From assembly GCA_963749495.1 (NCBI GenBank), contig CAVVMW010000023.1, forward strand, positions 288,001-352,000: a DNA stretch of 64,000 nt, given 5' to 3'. The DNA comes from an uncultured bacterium. Lineage in GTDB: Bacteria; Verrucomicrobiota; Verrucomicrobiia; Limisphaerales; UBA8199. The position numbers and the translations under genes are program-made. Under the pieces are notes generated by a model. It saw only the letters and a list, made by a program, of their open reading frames with translations, ran no database searches and had not been told where the DNA came from. The stretch's first letter is position 1; every line of letters begins with the position of its first letter. Below are positions 19,925 through 30,665 of this stretch, one piece after another.

Positions 19925-22180
19925 TCAGGGGCGATCATCGCTGCCTTTTGGTCCGACGTTGCGATCATCCCTCAGCCCAATCTTGCTGACATCAATGGCT
20001 TGAAAACCGAGCTTGAAGGCCGGAGACTTGGGTTTGAGGCGGTAGTCATCATGCGCGGGATCGAGAAAGAGGGGATCGGCACCCACGGAATGCTCCTCGT
20101 ACCCCATCGCTTTCCACTGGACCACCGGAATCGTTTTGTCTGGGCCGATACCCACCCGCTCTGGGCCGTTGCGGCCGCCGCAGAAGAGATTGTAATCCGA
20201 CCCTCCGAAAACCTGGGGAATTTCGGCCTGATCCGTGTCAATACGGTAGATGGTCGAATAGTCGCACACGATGTTTCGCTCGAAACGATTGCCGGTCATG
20301 AAGCCCTTCATATGAGGCCAGAACACCGTCGCCGGCCAGCAGCCAACGGGATCGGGGCAGCCGACAATGATGTTATTTTCGATGATGTTATTACGGCCGC
20401 CGTTGATGCGCACTCCACTCAAACCACAGCGCACGAGGAGGTTTCCGTACACTGAGCAATTGGAGGTGAAGTTGTCCAGGTAAATCCCAAAGGTGACAGT
20501 GCCCGAAATGTCGGCGATGCGATTGTACCTGATGATGTGGCCCGACCGTTCTTCTCCCCGCTCCGTGCGATCGTTCTCCATCCAGCAATTAATGGCGGCA
20601 TTGTCGTAGGTCTCCTGACACGCGTAACGAATGTCATTGTATTCGACGATATTGCGGCCATAGCCGTGATTGCCAAGGTTGATCGCGTGGTGCGGCACTT
20701 GCTCGATGAGGTTGTGGCCGACCACGTTGGCGTCGCTCAGGCCGCAGAAGACGCCGACCGCCGCCTTATCGAAAACGCCGCAATGGTGGATGTGATTATC
20801 CGTGACCTCGTTGCACAAGGGATGCTGGACCGCGTTGTGTGGGCGGTCGCGTGTGCCGATCAGCACCACGCCGCAATGGCCTGCACAGGCAATCTCGTTC
20901 CCTTGCACCACATTTCTGAAGTTGTGGCCCTCGAGATAAACCGCATTCCCGCCCACGGCCAGGAAGTGGTTGCCCACGAGGCGGCAGTGCTCTGCGTCCT
21001 TCAGATGCACGGCCTCGCCGCAATACGTCCGGTCCTCCATGGGGAACATGGCACCCGTGCCTTCCAGGCCGAGCCGGTGCATGTTGTCACCGCCATTCAC
21101 GGTCTCCGTGAACGTGAAGCCGGAGAGAGTCAGCCACGACGTGCCGCGCAGATCCACCAGACAGTCCAACACGGGCGCGACCGTCTCATGCTCCTGGACG
21201 GGCTCTTGCGGCGGCCAGAAGAACACCTTGCCTTCGTCGGTGTCCAAACACCACTCGCCGGGTTGATCCAACTCCTCCAGAAGGTTCTCGACGAAGAACC
21301 GATGGGGGATGGCATAGTCAAAATCAGTGTGGAAGGCCTCGGCCTGCAATGGGGCGGTCTGAGGAGTAACCCAGGGCTGGCGCCGGAAATCGCGCACGCC
21401 GCGGGTCAGTGTGATCGACCGGTTGGCTTCGTCGATGGATTTGATGGGAGCCAGGGTCGTGTAGCCCCAGTTGATGATCGTGAAGACCTCCCCTTGCGTC
21501 GGCTTGGCCCAATGGCGAGGGAAACTGCCGGCCCTGTACCTGAACGCAGTGAAGCTCCTTGGCTCGGCAGCGCCCTCGATGCTCAGCCAACCCTTGCGCC
21601 ACTGGTCGCCAGAACCGATGTTCGGATAGCGAGCCCGAACCTGGCGCTGCCCGTCCAGAAACAGTTGTCGGAACTTCCACCTGCCGCCTTTGGCCTCAGG
21701 CACGGAAGCCTGGAGGATTTTGTCCTTGTACGGCTGCCAGCCGGTGATCTTTCGACCTCCGCTCACCACTGGTTTCTCGCCTGGATAGGCGGCATACACA
21801 ATGGGGGACTCTTGAGTTCCACTATCGTCGGACGTGAACACGACGGACTCGTTAAGGAAGTATTTCCCGCCCCGCACCAACACGTGAATCGGTGATTTCG
21901 CCTGACCGCCGGGACGAGACTTCCACTCTCGAGCCGCGTCCCGCGCCCGGCCCAGGGTGGCAAATGGGCCATCTGTGCCTGTGCTGTTCGGCTCGCGCAA
22001 GGTGCCCGACCAGTTGTCCCGACCGTTGGGAGCGACAAAAAAGGTTCCTTGCCTGTTCTGAGTCGTTGCCACTTCTGCCGCGCCCTGCGCCTCGCAGATT
22101 AGGAACACTGCCTCCAGCGCGAAAAGAAACGCAGCGATGTTCTTCCACCCAGACCGCCAGCCGACATATACAGGTTTCAT
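19925..22180 (-). CDS. Secreted right-handed parallel beta-helix protein (putative glycan-active enzyme)
   Basis: FFVAPNGRDNWSG...DGPFATLGRAR, VRGGKYFL, AAYPGEKPVVSGG, ELDQPGEW, Asn-ladder repeats and DPLFLDP...DYRLKP. Confidence 0.85.
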   Translation of the reverse strand: MKPVYVGWRSGWKNIAAFLFALEAVFLICEAQGAAEVATTQNRQGTFFVAPNGRDNWSGTLREPNSTGTDGPFATLGRARDAAREWKSRPGGQAKSPIHVLVRGGKYFLNESVVFTSDDSGTQESPIVYAAYPGEKPVVSGGRKITGWQPYKDKILQASVPEAKGGRWKFRQLFLDGQRQVRARYPNIGSGDQWRKGWLSIEGAAEPRSFTAFRYRAGSFPRHWAKPTQGEVFTIINWGYTTLAPIKSIDEANRSITLTRGVRDFRRQPWVTPQTAPLQAEAFHTDFDYAIPHRFFVENLLEELDQPGEWCLDTDEGKVFFWPPQEPVQEHETVAPVLDCLVDLRGTSWLTLSGFTFTETVNGGDNMHRLGLEGTGAMFPMEDRTYCGEAVHLKDAEHCRLVGNHFLAVGGNAVYLEGHNFRNVVQGNEIACAGHCGVVLIGTRDRPHNAVQHPLCNEVTDNHIHHCGVFDKAAVGVFCGLSDANVVGHNLIEQVPHHAINLGNHGYGRNIVEYNDIRYACQETYDNAAINCWMENDRTERGEERSGHIIRYNRIADISGTVTFGIYLDNFTSNCSVYGNLLVRCGLSGVRINGGRNNIIENNIIVGCPDPVGCWPATVFWPHMKGFMTGNRFERNIVCDYSTIYRIDTDQAEIPQVFGGSDYNLFCGGRNGPERVGIGPDKTIPVVQWKAMGYEEHSVGADPLFLDPAHDDYRLKPKSPAFKLGFQAIDVSKIGLRDDRNVGPKGSDDRP

Positions 22181-22308
22181 GATACACTTTTCATCTTCTT
22201 CTTCTTTCCGGTTGAACACCGGGCAATTGGAAACGGGCGTCCAGGTCCCCATCCTAAGCCGTTGCGCAATCCATTTCAATGTCATCGTGCTCTCGCGCCG
22301 CAGCCGCC
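22181..22308 (-). pseudogene. 3' piece of a RAYT-like transposase remnant split by ISAs1
   Basis: RLRRESTMTLKWIAQRLRMGTWTPVSNC, nearly identical to the remnant at 13.5 kb. Confidence 0.8.
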
Positions 22309-24531
22309 CAGGGCTATTGACAAAGTCCGGCGGCACGTTTTGGCATCGGCACGGGTGGGTATTTTGAACCCGCCAGCCTCCACGAACGGCGCGCTCACTG
22401 AGAAAAAGCGCGTTGCTGGGCTGGTTTTCGAGGTCGGTGGGGCCATCACGGCAAAGCCGGAGGATGGCCGCTTTGGCGCAAGCAGCCTGCGGTTCTGGTT
22501 GAGGCGTTGCTTCTTAGTCTGCGTCTGTGCTTGAGCCGGTCATGAAGCGGCGGATTAAGCCCCAGGGACGGCGGCAAACCCGGCGCTCAAAATCCCGCTC
22601 AGAGAGCTTGCCGCCCCGGTGCGGGCGGTGAGTTTGGCACAGGAATATGGCCAAGGTGCGAAACAGCGAGAGGTTGCGAGCGGTGTTGGTTTCACGCACT
22701 GTGCAGCGGTCTTCGTCTTGAGTGCGGTCGCGGCGGTGATGCTGGCCATTTTCGATGCTCCAGTGATCGCGGGCCAACTGCTGCAACTCGTCGATCGAGG
22801 CCTCCTCCGGCCAGAGGTTGGTGAAGGGGAACGCCACGTCGTGAGTCTCTTTAACCACCTGGCCCCGCCGCACGAACTGGACGTCGCGCTCGATGCGCAG
22901 CAGTTGAGCGGCCCCGGCCAGACCGAGAGTCGGAGGGTCAACCAGGCAAGACCACACGCGCCGGGTTTCAATCCGACCGTGGCCCTTGTCCACCACACTG
23001 AGTTGAGGGGGGAAGGGCGCCGGGCAGCAGTTGCTCGGCTTTGGCCCGGGCCAGAGGCTGGTTGCCTTTTAAGAAAGCAAGTAGTCGGCTCCGTTGTTGA
23101 AGGTCAGTTGGCGGCAATTGGCTTTGATGGTATGGGCGGCATCGGCCGTGACTCGCACTCCAGCCAAATCCATCTGGGGCAGATGGGCGGCGACGGCGGC
23201 CTCTTCGTTGGTGTCCCGCGGCACGGCGATTTGATCGACCAGGCGTTGGTCGGAGGTCATGAAGTTGACCAGCGTCAGGGCCTTGTCGGCCTTGGGCTTT
23301 TGCTGCTCGATGGGAATCTCGCAAGGCTCAGGCGCCGGCAACTCCTGGGCGTTGTCCGCCTTGGGGCGGGCGGGGGCCGGTCGAGCGTTCTTGACGACTT
23401 TGCCATCGAAATGCACCGTCTTGAGCGGGGTGGGATCCTCCTGGCGCATCCAGTCCACCAACACCGCCTTGAGCTGATCGGCATTCACCTTTTCTAACAA
23501 GCGCCGGAAGGTACGCTCACTGGGTACGTCGAACTGAGCGTGCGCGCCGGGACGGCGGCGGCAGCGCAAATGGCGGCGCTGTCCGTGGTTGAGGCTCTGG
23601 GCAAATTCGGCGATGGCGTGCGGCCCTTGGCAGCCCGCCGCCATGGCCAAGGCGACCAGCGTCAGAAGCGTGGCCAACAGATGCCGCACCCCCTTGGGCT
23701 TGCGCGGTTCGGTCATGTGCAACCGGAAGCACTCCCAGAGCGAATGCAATCGTCCGGTGGCCACCGGACAAGGGGGCGGCAGGGGGCCGGCCGGATTGAG
23801 CAGGGCGGGCGGCAACTCTGGGGCTTGCAGTTGCTCCAAGTTCCGCGGGCTTAAGGGGCGCACCCACAGTTCCTTGGGGTGTTGCGTGTCGGTGTAGAAG
23901 TCCTGCCAGTTTCGCTCATAGCCCTGGGTCGGCCCCAGTTGTTGCCAACCCGCCGCTTTGTAGCAAGTGCCCTTGAAACGTTGTGGATCCACGAAGGTCT
24001 CCATCCCCAGCACCGGATGACCAAAGTGCTCCTGCCAATCCCGGGCTAGGCGCTCACAGACCAGTTTCAAGACCCGAGAGGCCAAATTCGGCCACCGACC
24101 GCTGCTGGGCAGCACCAAAAACCGGGCGTTCTGTGCAATCAAGTGCCGCCGTTCCTTGACTTGGCGCGGGGACCATTTGAGCCAGCGATCCCGTGGCTTG
24201 AGGTGCAAGGCGGGCGAACCAAACACCAGGAGCGCCACCCACTGGCCCTGATACTCGGCCACATACCGCAGCACCTGCCCCACTACCGTGGGGTTCTTTA
24301 GATAATGCTTGGTCGCCAGCAACTCATCGAAGCGATCTCGATCTGATTCGTCGATCAACCGCAGAGTGATTGCGCTGAGCAGCCTGGGCTCGGGAGGGAG
24401 CCCCCTTTGAAACAGTCGGCCAAATGAATAGACATGGCCCCAGTCCAGCACAGTCAGAGGACCGACGCCAGCCAATTCTTCCTAAGTCATTGCCCATTAG
24501 AGCGCCCCCCGGGTCCTTGCCAGCCGCCCTG
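22309..24531 (-). mobile_element. ISAs1-family insertion sequence
   Basis: Termini CAGGGC...GCCCTG and a perfect 10-bp target duplication CGCAGCCGCC at 22299-22308 and 24532-24541. Confidence 0.92.
22514..24475 (-). CDS. ISAs1 transposase with N-terminal DUF4338 (DruA-like) domain, frameshifts near 23070 and 23000
   Basis: DUF4338-like NARFLVLP...PNLASRVL...METFVDP...GTCYKAAGW. ISAs1 motifs VHFDGK, TNEE, VTADAAHT, LKGNQP, KGHGRIETR and RDHWSIENGQHHRRD...EDRC. Confidence 0.88.
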
Positions 24532-24715
24532 CGCAGCCGCCAAGCTGTCCGCACCTTCTGGGGGTCGCCCTTGCGCCGCCGCGCCAACTCCTCCTCCGCC
24601 CAGCCCCGCCGCCGCAATTCCTCCTGCACCAACCGCTGACCCATTTCATGCCAAGCACCAGATTGGGTTGCGCCGTCTCGACCACCAGATGAAAATGGCT
24701 GGACATGAGGCAAAA
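24532..24715 (-). pseudogene. 5' piece of the same RAYT-like transposase remnant
   Basis: MSSHFHLVVETAQPNLVLGMKW (HUH motif) is joined by deletion to RLVQEELRRRGW...RKGDPQKVRTAWRLR. Confidence 0.8.
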
Positions 24716-24745
24716 TGCCTGAACCGCGACCCCTTTCCGAACTCA

Positions 24746-24803
24746 GGCAGAAAAATGGAGACCCAAAAGATGCTGTTCATTCTTCTGCCCCCATTTTTCT
24801 GCC
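24746..24803. repeat. Short palindromic repeat
   Basis: ggcagaaaaatgg...ccatttttctgcc inverted pair. Confidence 0.65.
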
Positions 24804-24881
24804 TCCATTTCGTTTTGTCTTGACTCCGATGTCCCTCTGGTCTTATGATTTGAGTGTCCAAGATGGTTAGTGGTTAGAGTT

Positions 24882-27800
24882 ATGAAAACCGAGCTTCTGA
24901 GCGGGAATCTTCGCCGCTGGCTGCTCGCGGGGGTGGTGCTTCTCCTGGCATCGGTTCCGGAGCGAGCGCTGTCCCAAAGCAGCCAGCCTGTCATTACGTC
25001 CATCCGCCCCGAGGGCGCCAACATCGTGGTGAGCGTCCAGGTGCCTGCGGGCATCCGGCGGGTCACTTTGGAGAGCCGGACGCGATTGGGCGCGGGAGCC
25101 TGGGTCCCGGCCTTGGTGGCGCAGACCGACGGGGCTGCCAAATCCATGACGTTGCGCGTGCCGCGCGGGCGGCAAACCGAGATGCTGCGGGTGCGCGCCG
25201 ATGCCAGCCAACCGTTGCCCGTGAGCTTCTACAAAGGCACAAACGCCTTTTCAGGCCCGCCGACCAACAGCGTGGTCCTGAGCACTGCCGGCGGCCTCAA
25301 CTCGTCGGGGCCGGGCGGCGTCACGACCTTCGATCCAACGGCCAACGGGCCCGACGCGCGCAGTCGTCGAATCGGACATCTGGCAACTGGATGGCGACAC
25401 GCTTTATTTTTTCAACCAGTATCGGGGGCTGCAGGTGATCAACATCTCCAACCCGGACCAGGCGGCGGTGCGCGGCACGCTGGCCCTGCCGGCCTCGGGG
25501 GAGCAGATGTACCTGGCCGGCTCGAATCACGTGGCGCTGCTGGTGCAAAACGGTTGCGGCGACGGCAGCCAGGACAGCCAGGTGGTCCTGGTGGCGGCGA
25601 CCAACGGCCTGCCCCAGGTCGTCACCAACCTGCCGGTCTCCGGTTCCATCATCGAGAGCCGGATGGTGGGCACGGCGCTCTATGTGGCCTCCCAGACCTA
25701 TCGCCCCGTTCCGGGGGACCCCAAGGGCGCATGGGAGTGGGGGAGCCTGGTCTCGTCCTTCGACCTGGCCAACCCGGATGCGCCGGTCAGCCGCGACACC
25801 CTCTGGTATTCCGGCTGGGGCAACGTGGTGTCGGCCACCGACGATTACCTCTTCGTGGTGACCCAGGACACGGCCAACTGGTGGCAATCAATCGTGCGCA
25901 TCATCAATATCACGGCGCCCGACGGCACGATGGCGCCGCAGGATTCGTTGAGCCTCTCCGGCCAGGTGATTGACAAGTTCAAGATCAATTACGACGGCGA
26001 GGTCCTGACCACGATCTCCGAGGACTGGCATTGGGACAACGGAACCCGGTTGGTGACGCGGCTTGAGACATTCGACTTGCCCGCTCCGAACTCCGGGGGA
26101 CCGCTCCAGATTACCAAGCTCGGTGAATTGGAGTTGGGGAACGGCGAGCGCCTTCACGCCACCCGGTTTGACGGCAGCGTGGCTTATGTGGTCACGTTCT
26201 ACCAAATCGATCCCCTCTGGGTGGTGGACCTTTCCCAGCCGGCCAACCCTCGATATCGCCGGCTCCGTGGACGTGCCGGGTTGGTCCAGCTACATTCAGC
26301 CGCTTGGCTCCCGCCTGGTGACTGTGGGTGTCGAGTCCAACCGCGTGGCGGTCTCGCTGTTTGACGTTCATGACCCGGCCGGGCCGGGGTTGCTCAGCAG
26401 GGTTCTGTTGGGGCAAAGCTACTCCTGGAGCGAGGCCAACAACGATGAAAAGGCCTTCACGGTCCTCCAGGACGCCGGGCTGGTGCTGGTTCCCTACAGT
26501 GGCGACACCACTAACGGATGGAGCTCCCAGGTCCAGTTGCTGGACCTTAACCCGACCAACCTGGTCGCGCGAGGAATCATCGAGCACCAGTGCCAGCCGC
26601 GCCGCGCCGCACTCTCCCATGGCCGTGTCCTGTCCCTCTCGGGGTGGGAACTCCTGAGCGTGGACGCCACGGACCGGGACAACCCTGCGGTGCGCGGGGA
26701 TGCCGAGTTGGCCTGGCCGGTGGATCGCTTATTCGTTCAAGGGGATTACGTGCTGGAGATAGCCGCCTCAACCAGTTGGTGGGGGCGCCCGGACGAAAGC
26801 GCCGTGCGCGTGGCCCCGGCCGACCACACCGAGCAGGTCCTGGGCAAGTTGTCCCTGGGGCCGCTGCCGGTGGTCGGCGCGGGCGTGCAGGATGGCCGGC
26901 TCTACCTGGCCCAGGCCCCGAATTTCGGGTGGGGCTACCCATGGCCGCCGGCCGGCGGCGACCCTTCGACCAACCCGCCCAATTTCGTGGTGACGATTGT
27001 CAACCTTGCCGCCTTGCCGGGCCTATCAATTCTCGGCTCGGTTTCCAACACGGTCAACCTGCCAGGCTGGGGGTCCTGGCAGCCGCTCTGGCCCAAACCG
27101 GACTTGCTGGTCTGGAGCGGAGGCTGGAATTTGTGGGCCATCCCGATGTTCGTCACCGTTGGCGGCCCTGTCATCCCCGGCGGCCCTGTCATCCCCGGCG
27201 GCCCTGTCATCGTCGGCGGCCCTGTCATCGTCGGCGGCCCGGCCTTGTGGTGGCCCTGGCCCTGGTACTTCGGCAATTCCGGCAGCGGCCAACTCCTCGC
27301 CTTCGACGTTGGCAACTCGGCCGAACCGATGTTCGTCTCGGAGGTCAATCTCCTGACCAATGGCTGGTGGGGGTTCAGCCAGGCAATCTCCGTCGGCAGC
27401 CTGGTCTATTTGAGCCACAATGCCTCGGAGTGCTCGTCTGCGCCCGGAGACCCCGAGCCACCTGGGTGCAGCAGTCCTATCTGGATGTGGTGGACTTTGG
27501 CGATCCGCTCTCGCCCACGCCGCGTCAGCCCGTGAGCATCCCCGGGACTCTGGCGGGCGTCTCCCACGCAGGCGAACTGCTCTACACGACCGGCTATCAC
27601 TGGACCAGCAGCCAGCCCGATGATTGGCAGCAATGGCTCGATGCCAGCGCCTATGACGGCGTGGCCGCACACCCGGTGGCGTCTCTGGCCCTGACCGGCA
27701 CCTGGTCGCAGGTGGTCCTGGTGGTGGACACCAACATCTTCATCGGCCGCTCCGGCTATAGTTCCACCACCAACGTCCCGCCGCCTCAGCTCGAAACCTG

Positions 27801-28083
27801 GACCTTGCCCGACAGTGGGCAGTTCACCCTGCTCGGCGGCCTTACTCTGAACGCACCCGCCAGCGCGCTCCTGTCGCGCGGCAACCTGTTGGCCGCCCAG
27901 GAAACCGACACCTCGGTCTGGCTCTTCGACCCGTCCGTGCCGGCGGCCTTGCAGCCCATAGGACATGGCAATCCCTCGCCGTGTCTCTCCTTCGACCTCC
28001 AGCAAGCCGATGGCAGTTTGGCTCGCGGCCTATGGGTCCCCTTGGGCATCTACGGTGTCGGCCGGGTGCCGCTGGGGAACTGA
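24882..28083 (+). CDS. Secreted beta-propeller domain protein (frameshifts near 25360, 26255 and 27465)
   Basis: Signal peptide, VVESDIWQLDGDTLYF, GERLHATRFDG..AYVVTFYQIDPLWVVDLS and VPGWSSYIQP motifs spread over four overlapping ORFs. Confidence 0.82.
27161..27240 (+). repeat. In-frame 18-bp tandem repeat encoding GGPVI(P/V)
   Basis: ggcggccctgtcatc(ccc/gtc) four times plus a partial unit. Confidence 0.92.
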
Positions 28084-28118
28084 AGGTTGTATCCGGACCG
28101 ATGCGCGGCGGCGGCCCT

Positions 28119-28399
28119 GTCCCGAAGGGACATCCGACAATAGCCCAACGTTTCAACGTTGGGTCCGGGTGGCGAACGGACCCGACTCCCGAAGGGACGG
28201 CTGAGGCTCAATCCCACAAATAACGTTCGTCGGTACTCAATGCGGTGTTTCTTGAGCAGGGCGATAAACTCCTCCTGGAACGTCATCTCCCGTGGGACAT
28301 GTCTCCCATTCAGCCGTCCCTTCGGGACTTACGCAACGAAAAAACCGTTCTCACCCAACGTTGAAACGTTGGGCTATTCTCAGGATGTCCCTCCGGGAC
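28119..28399 (-). mobile_element. Family B variant containing an internally deleted IS200/IS605-type tnpA
   Basis: Hairpins aatagcccaacgtttcaacgttggg and gtcccgaagggac flank a minus-strand GGAG-ATG TCC CAC (MSH, 28300) joined to MTFQEEFIALLKKHRIEY/DERYLWD* (ends 28208). Confidence 0.8.
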
Positions 28400-28446
28400 G
28401 ACAGGCGCCACGCGCCCGCTCATTTCCACGGGATCTCCGCCCCTCG

Positions 28447-30380
28447 CTAATGCCCCATAGCGGGCGGGACTGGGAAGAACACCTTGTAGGTCAGCCCATC
28501 AACGCTGGCGCTGGCCCCGGAGACGGCGAAGTGAAAGTACTTTCCCACCCTGGCGAAGGGCGGCAGCAGGGAGACGTCCAGCCAGGCCCGGACGCTCTGT
28601 TGCGGGGCGGCCATTCCGAGCAGGGCCAGCCAGAAGGAGCCGGCGCGGCCCTGGGTGGACGGAGCGGGGTCGGCCCTGAATGCCTCGAAGGCGGCGCGGG
28701 TCGTCTCCAAACGGTTTTCGTATCCAAAGAAGGCCGTTCCTGGGCCGGTCACTTTTTGGGCGGCCTCAGCCAGGCCCGGGATTTCGCGCAGGGCCTTGCC
28801 CTGGGTCTCGTTGCTGCGCAAATACTCCTCCAGGAGCGAGGCATCCGTCGAGAGCGCCACATAATCGCGGCTGGCGGCATAGTGGAGAGAAGCGGGCCGC
28901 GCGGCCCAGGCGGACGACTCGGCGAGCGGCAAGGGCAGGGAGGCCGGCAAGGGCACCGAACGAATCTTCCTGCCCAGGAACTCGCGTTCCGTGGCGGCGT
29001 CGGCGCTCGGCAAGATCACCAACAGCGCCTGGAAGGCAGCCGCAAGCTGCTCCGGGTTGGGGGAGCCCAACAAGGCAATCGAGGGAGGCGAACCCGGTTC
29101 GGCGGGAGTCTGGCCCCGAGGCGGCTTTTCATAGACGATGAGGTCGTCTCCAAGGTTGCCGAACAGGGCCTGCTTGAGGTCGTAGCCCGGCTCCTTCTCC
29201 CGCGCCTTGGCCTGGGCGGTCTCAAAGATGAGACCCAGCGCCTCGACCGACTGGGGCGAGAGATCTGCCAGGATCTTCTCCAGGGCCGTCCACGTCTTGG
29301 GCCCGTCGAAGCGCCAGCGTTCGAAGTTCACAGTGTTGGCCGGCACGAACGGCGGCGGGCTAGTCTCCCGCGCCTGGCCTGCGAGGAGTTTCAGCAGGCC
29401 CTGGCGCGTCGCTTCAGGGGCGCCGAAAAAGGCCCGGAAGAGCAGGCCCTCGTTCGAGCCCCTCGATGCTCAAGGCAATGGTCTTGAGGCCCGTCAAGCC
29501 GCAGGCGGCAAGGAGCCTTTCGGGGGGGATATCCTCGACCGGGGTGGGGGCATCGGGATTGTCCTTCCTCTGGGCCCAGCAGCGGCAGAGCAGGTCGGAC
29601 AGGGTCCTGGCGTTGATCCAGGCATAAGCGGAGGCGTTGCGGAAAAAGGCCTGGTGGTCGCTGTTGTAGGCGGCCAGGTCGCCCAGGACCGGCAGGGCGC
29701 CGCCGCTCAGGCGCAGAACCACCTTTTCGACGGCCTGAACCGAGTTGCCCGCGATCAGGAGCGACTCGGCCTGGCCGATAACCACCTCGCGCCGCGCCGG
29801 CCCCTGCTTCGAGTCGGCGTCGTTTCCCAGTTCGTGGTACTCGAGCGCGTGGGGCAGTAATTGGTTCAATGCCTTGGGCAGGTCCAGGCTGGACATCGGC
29901 AGGACGGAAAACTCGAAGCCGCGGAGCTTCTCGCTTCGAATCGGTTTGCCAGCCTCGACGCAGCGTTTCCGCAGCGCCGCCAGGTTTGTCGCCAGGAGGC
30001 CGCGCCGGTCTTTGGCATCGGCCAGGAGCAACCAGGCGGGGGCCTGGCCGGCCCTGCCCTGCCAGCCGTTTTGGGTCAGGGCAAACGTCACCTGGCCCTG
30101 GGGCAGGTTGGCCAGGCTCTCCAGACCCACCTTGAGTTCGCGTTCCAGCGGAGCGGCCAGTTCCTCCTTCCATTTGGAGACCAGCTTCTCCCGGAACGGC
30201 CTCATTGCCTCGTCGCTCCAGACGCGCATTTCGGCTGTGTTCAGGCAAAGCTGTTTGAACTTCACAAAATCCGGGGCGGTCACGACCACCAGCGTGTCCT
30301 CCGGCAACAGCCGTTCCGGCGCCGGCACCCCCGCGTGGCACGCCGGCGCCCGCCAGGCCAGGACCGCCACACAAAGGACG
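28447..30380 (-). CDS. Hypothetical secreted protein (frameshift near 29460)
   Basis: Signal-like VLCVAVLAWRAPACHA followed by PERLLPEDTL. Continues in the 28447-29346 frame. Start is approximate. Confidence 0.7.
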
Positions 30381-30423
30381 GCCCGCAGACCACGCCCAAC
30401 ACGCAGAACCGGGATTTTGAACG

Positions 30424-30645
30424 GTAAGGCCTTAGTGACGGCGGGGGCCACACGGCGGGCAGACCCCTCACCCCAGCCCTCTCCCCTCGGAGGGGAGAGG
30501 GAGAATTCTGGGCAGCGGCCTGAGCAAGCGGACGCGCCTGGAATTCCCGGCGACAGCCGACGCTTCTCCCTCTCCCCTCGGAGGGGAGAGGGCCGGGGTG
30601 AGGGGTTCGCCGGGGATTCCGTTTCGGCCTTCACTGACCGATTAC
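30424..30645. mobile_element. Family C composite REP element
   Basis: aaggccttagtgacggcgg...ggccttcactgaccgattact enclosing two inverted ccctctcccctcggaggggagaggg hairpins. Confidence 0.8.
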
Positions 30646-30665
30646 TTTGCACATCGCTTTTGAGT

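Noticed and set aside
22181..22336. Transposase-beta-helix fusion implied by ORF 19925-22336
   Set aside because: The extension is a transposase remnant that happens to be in frame. The enzyme has its own ATG and signal peptide at 22180.
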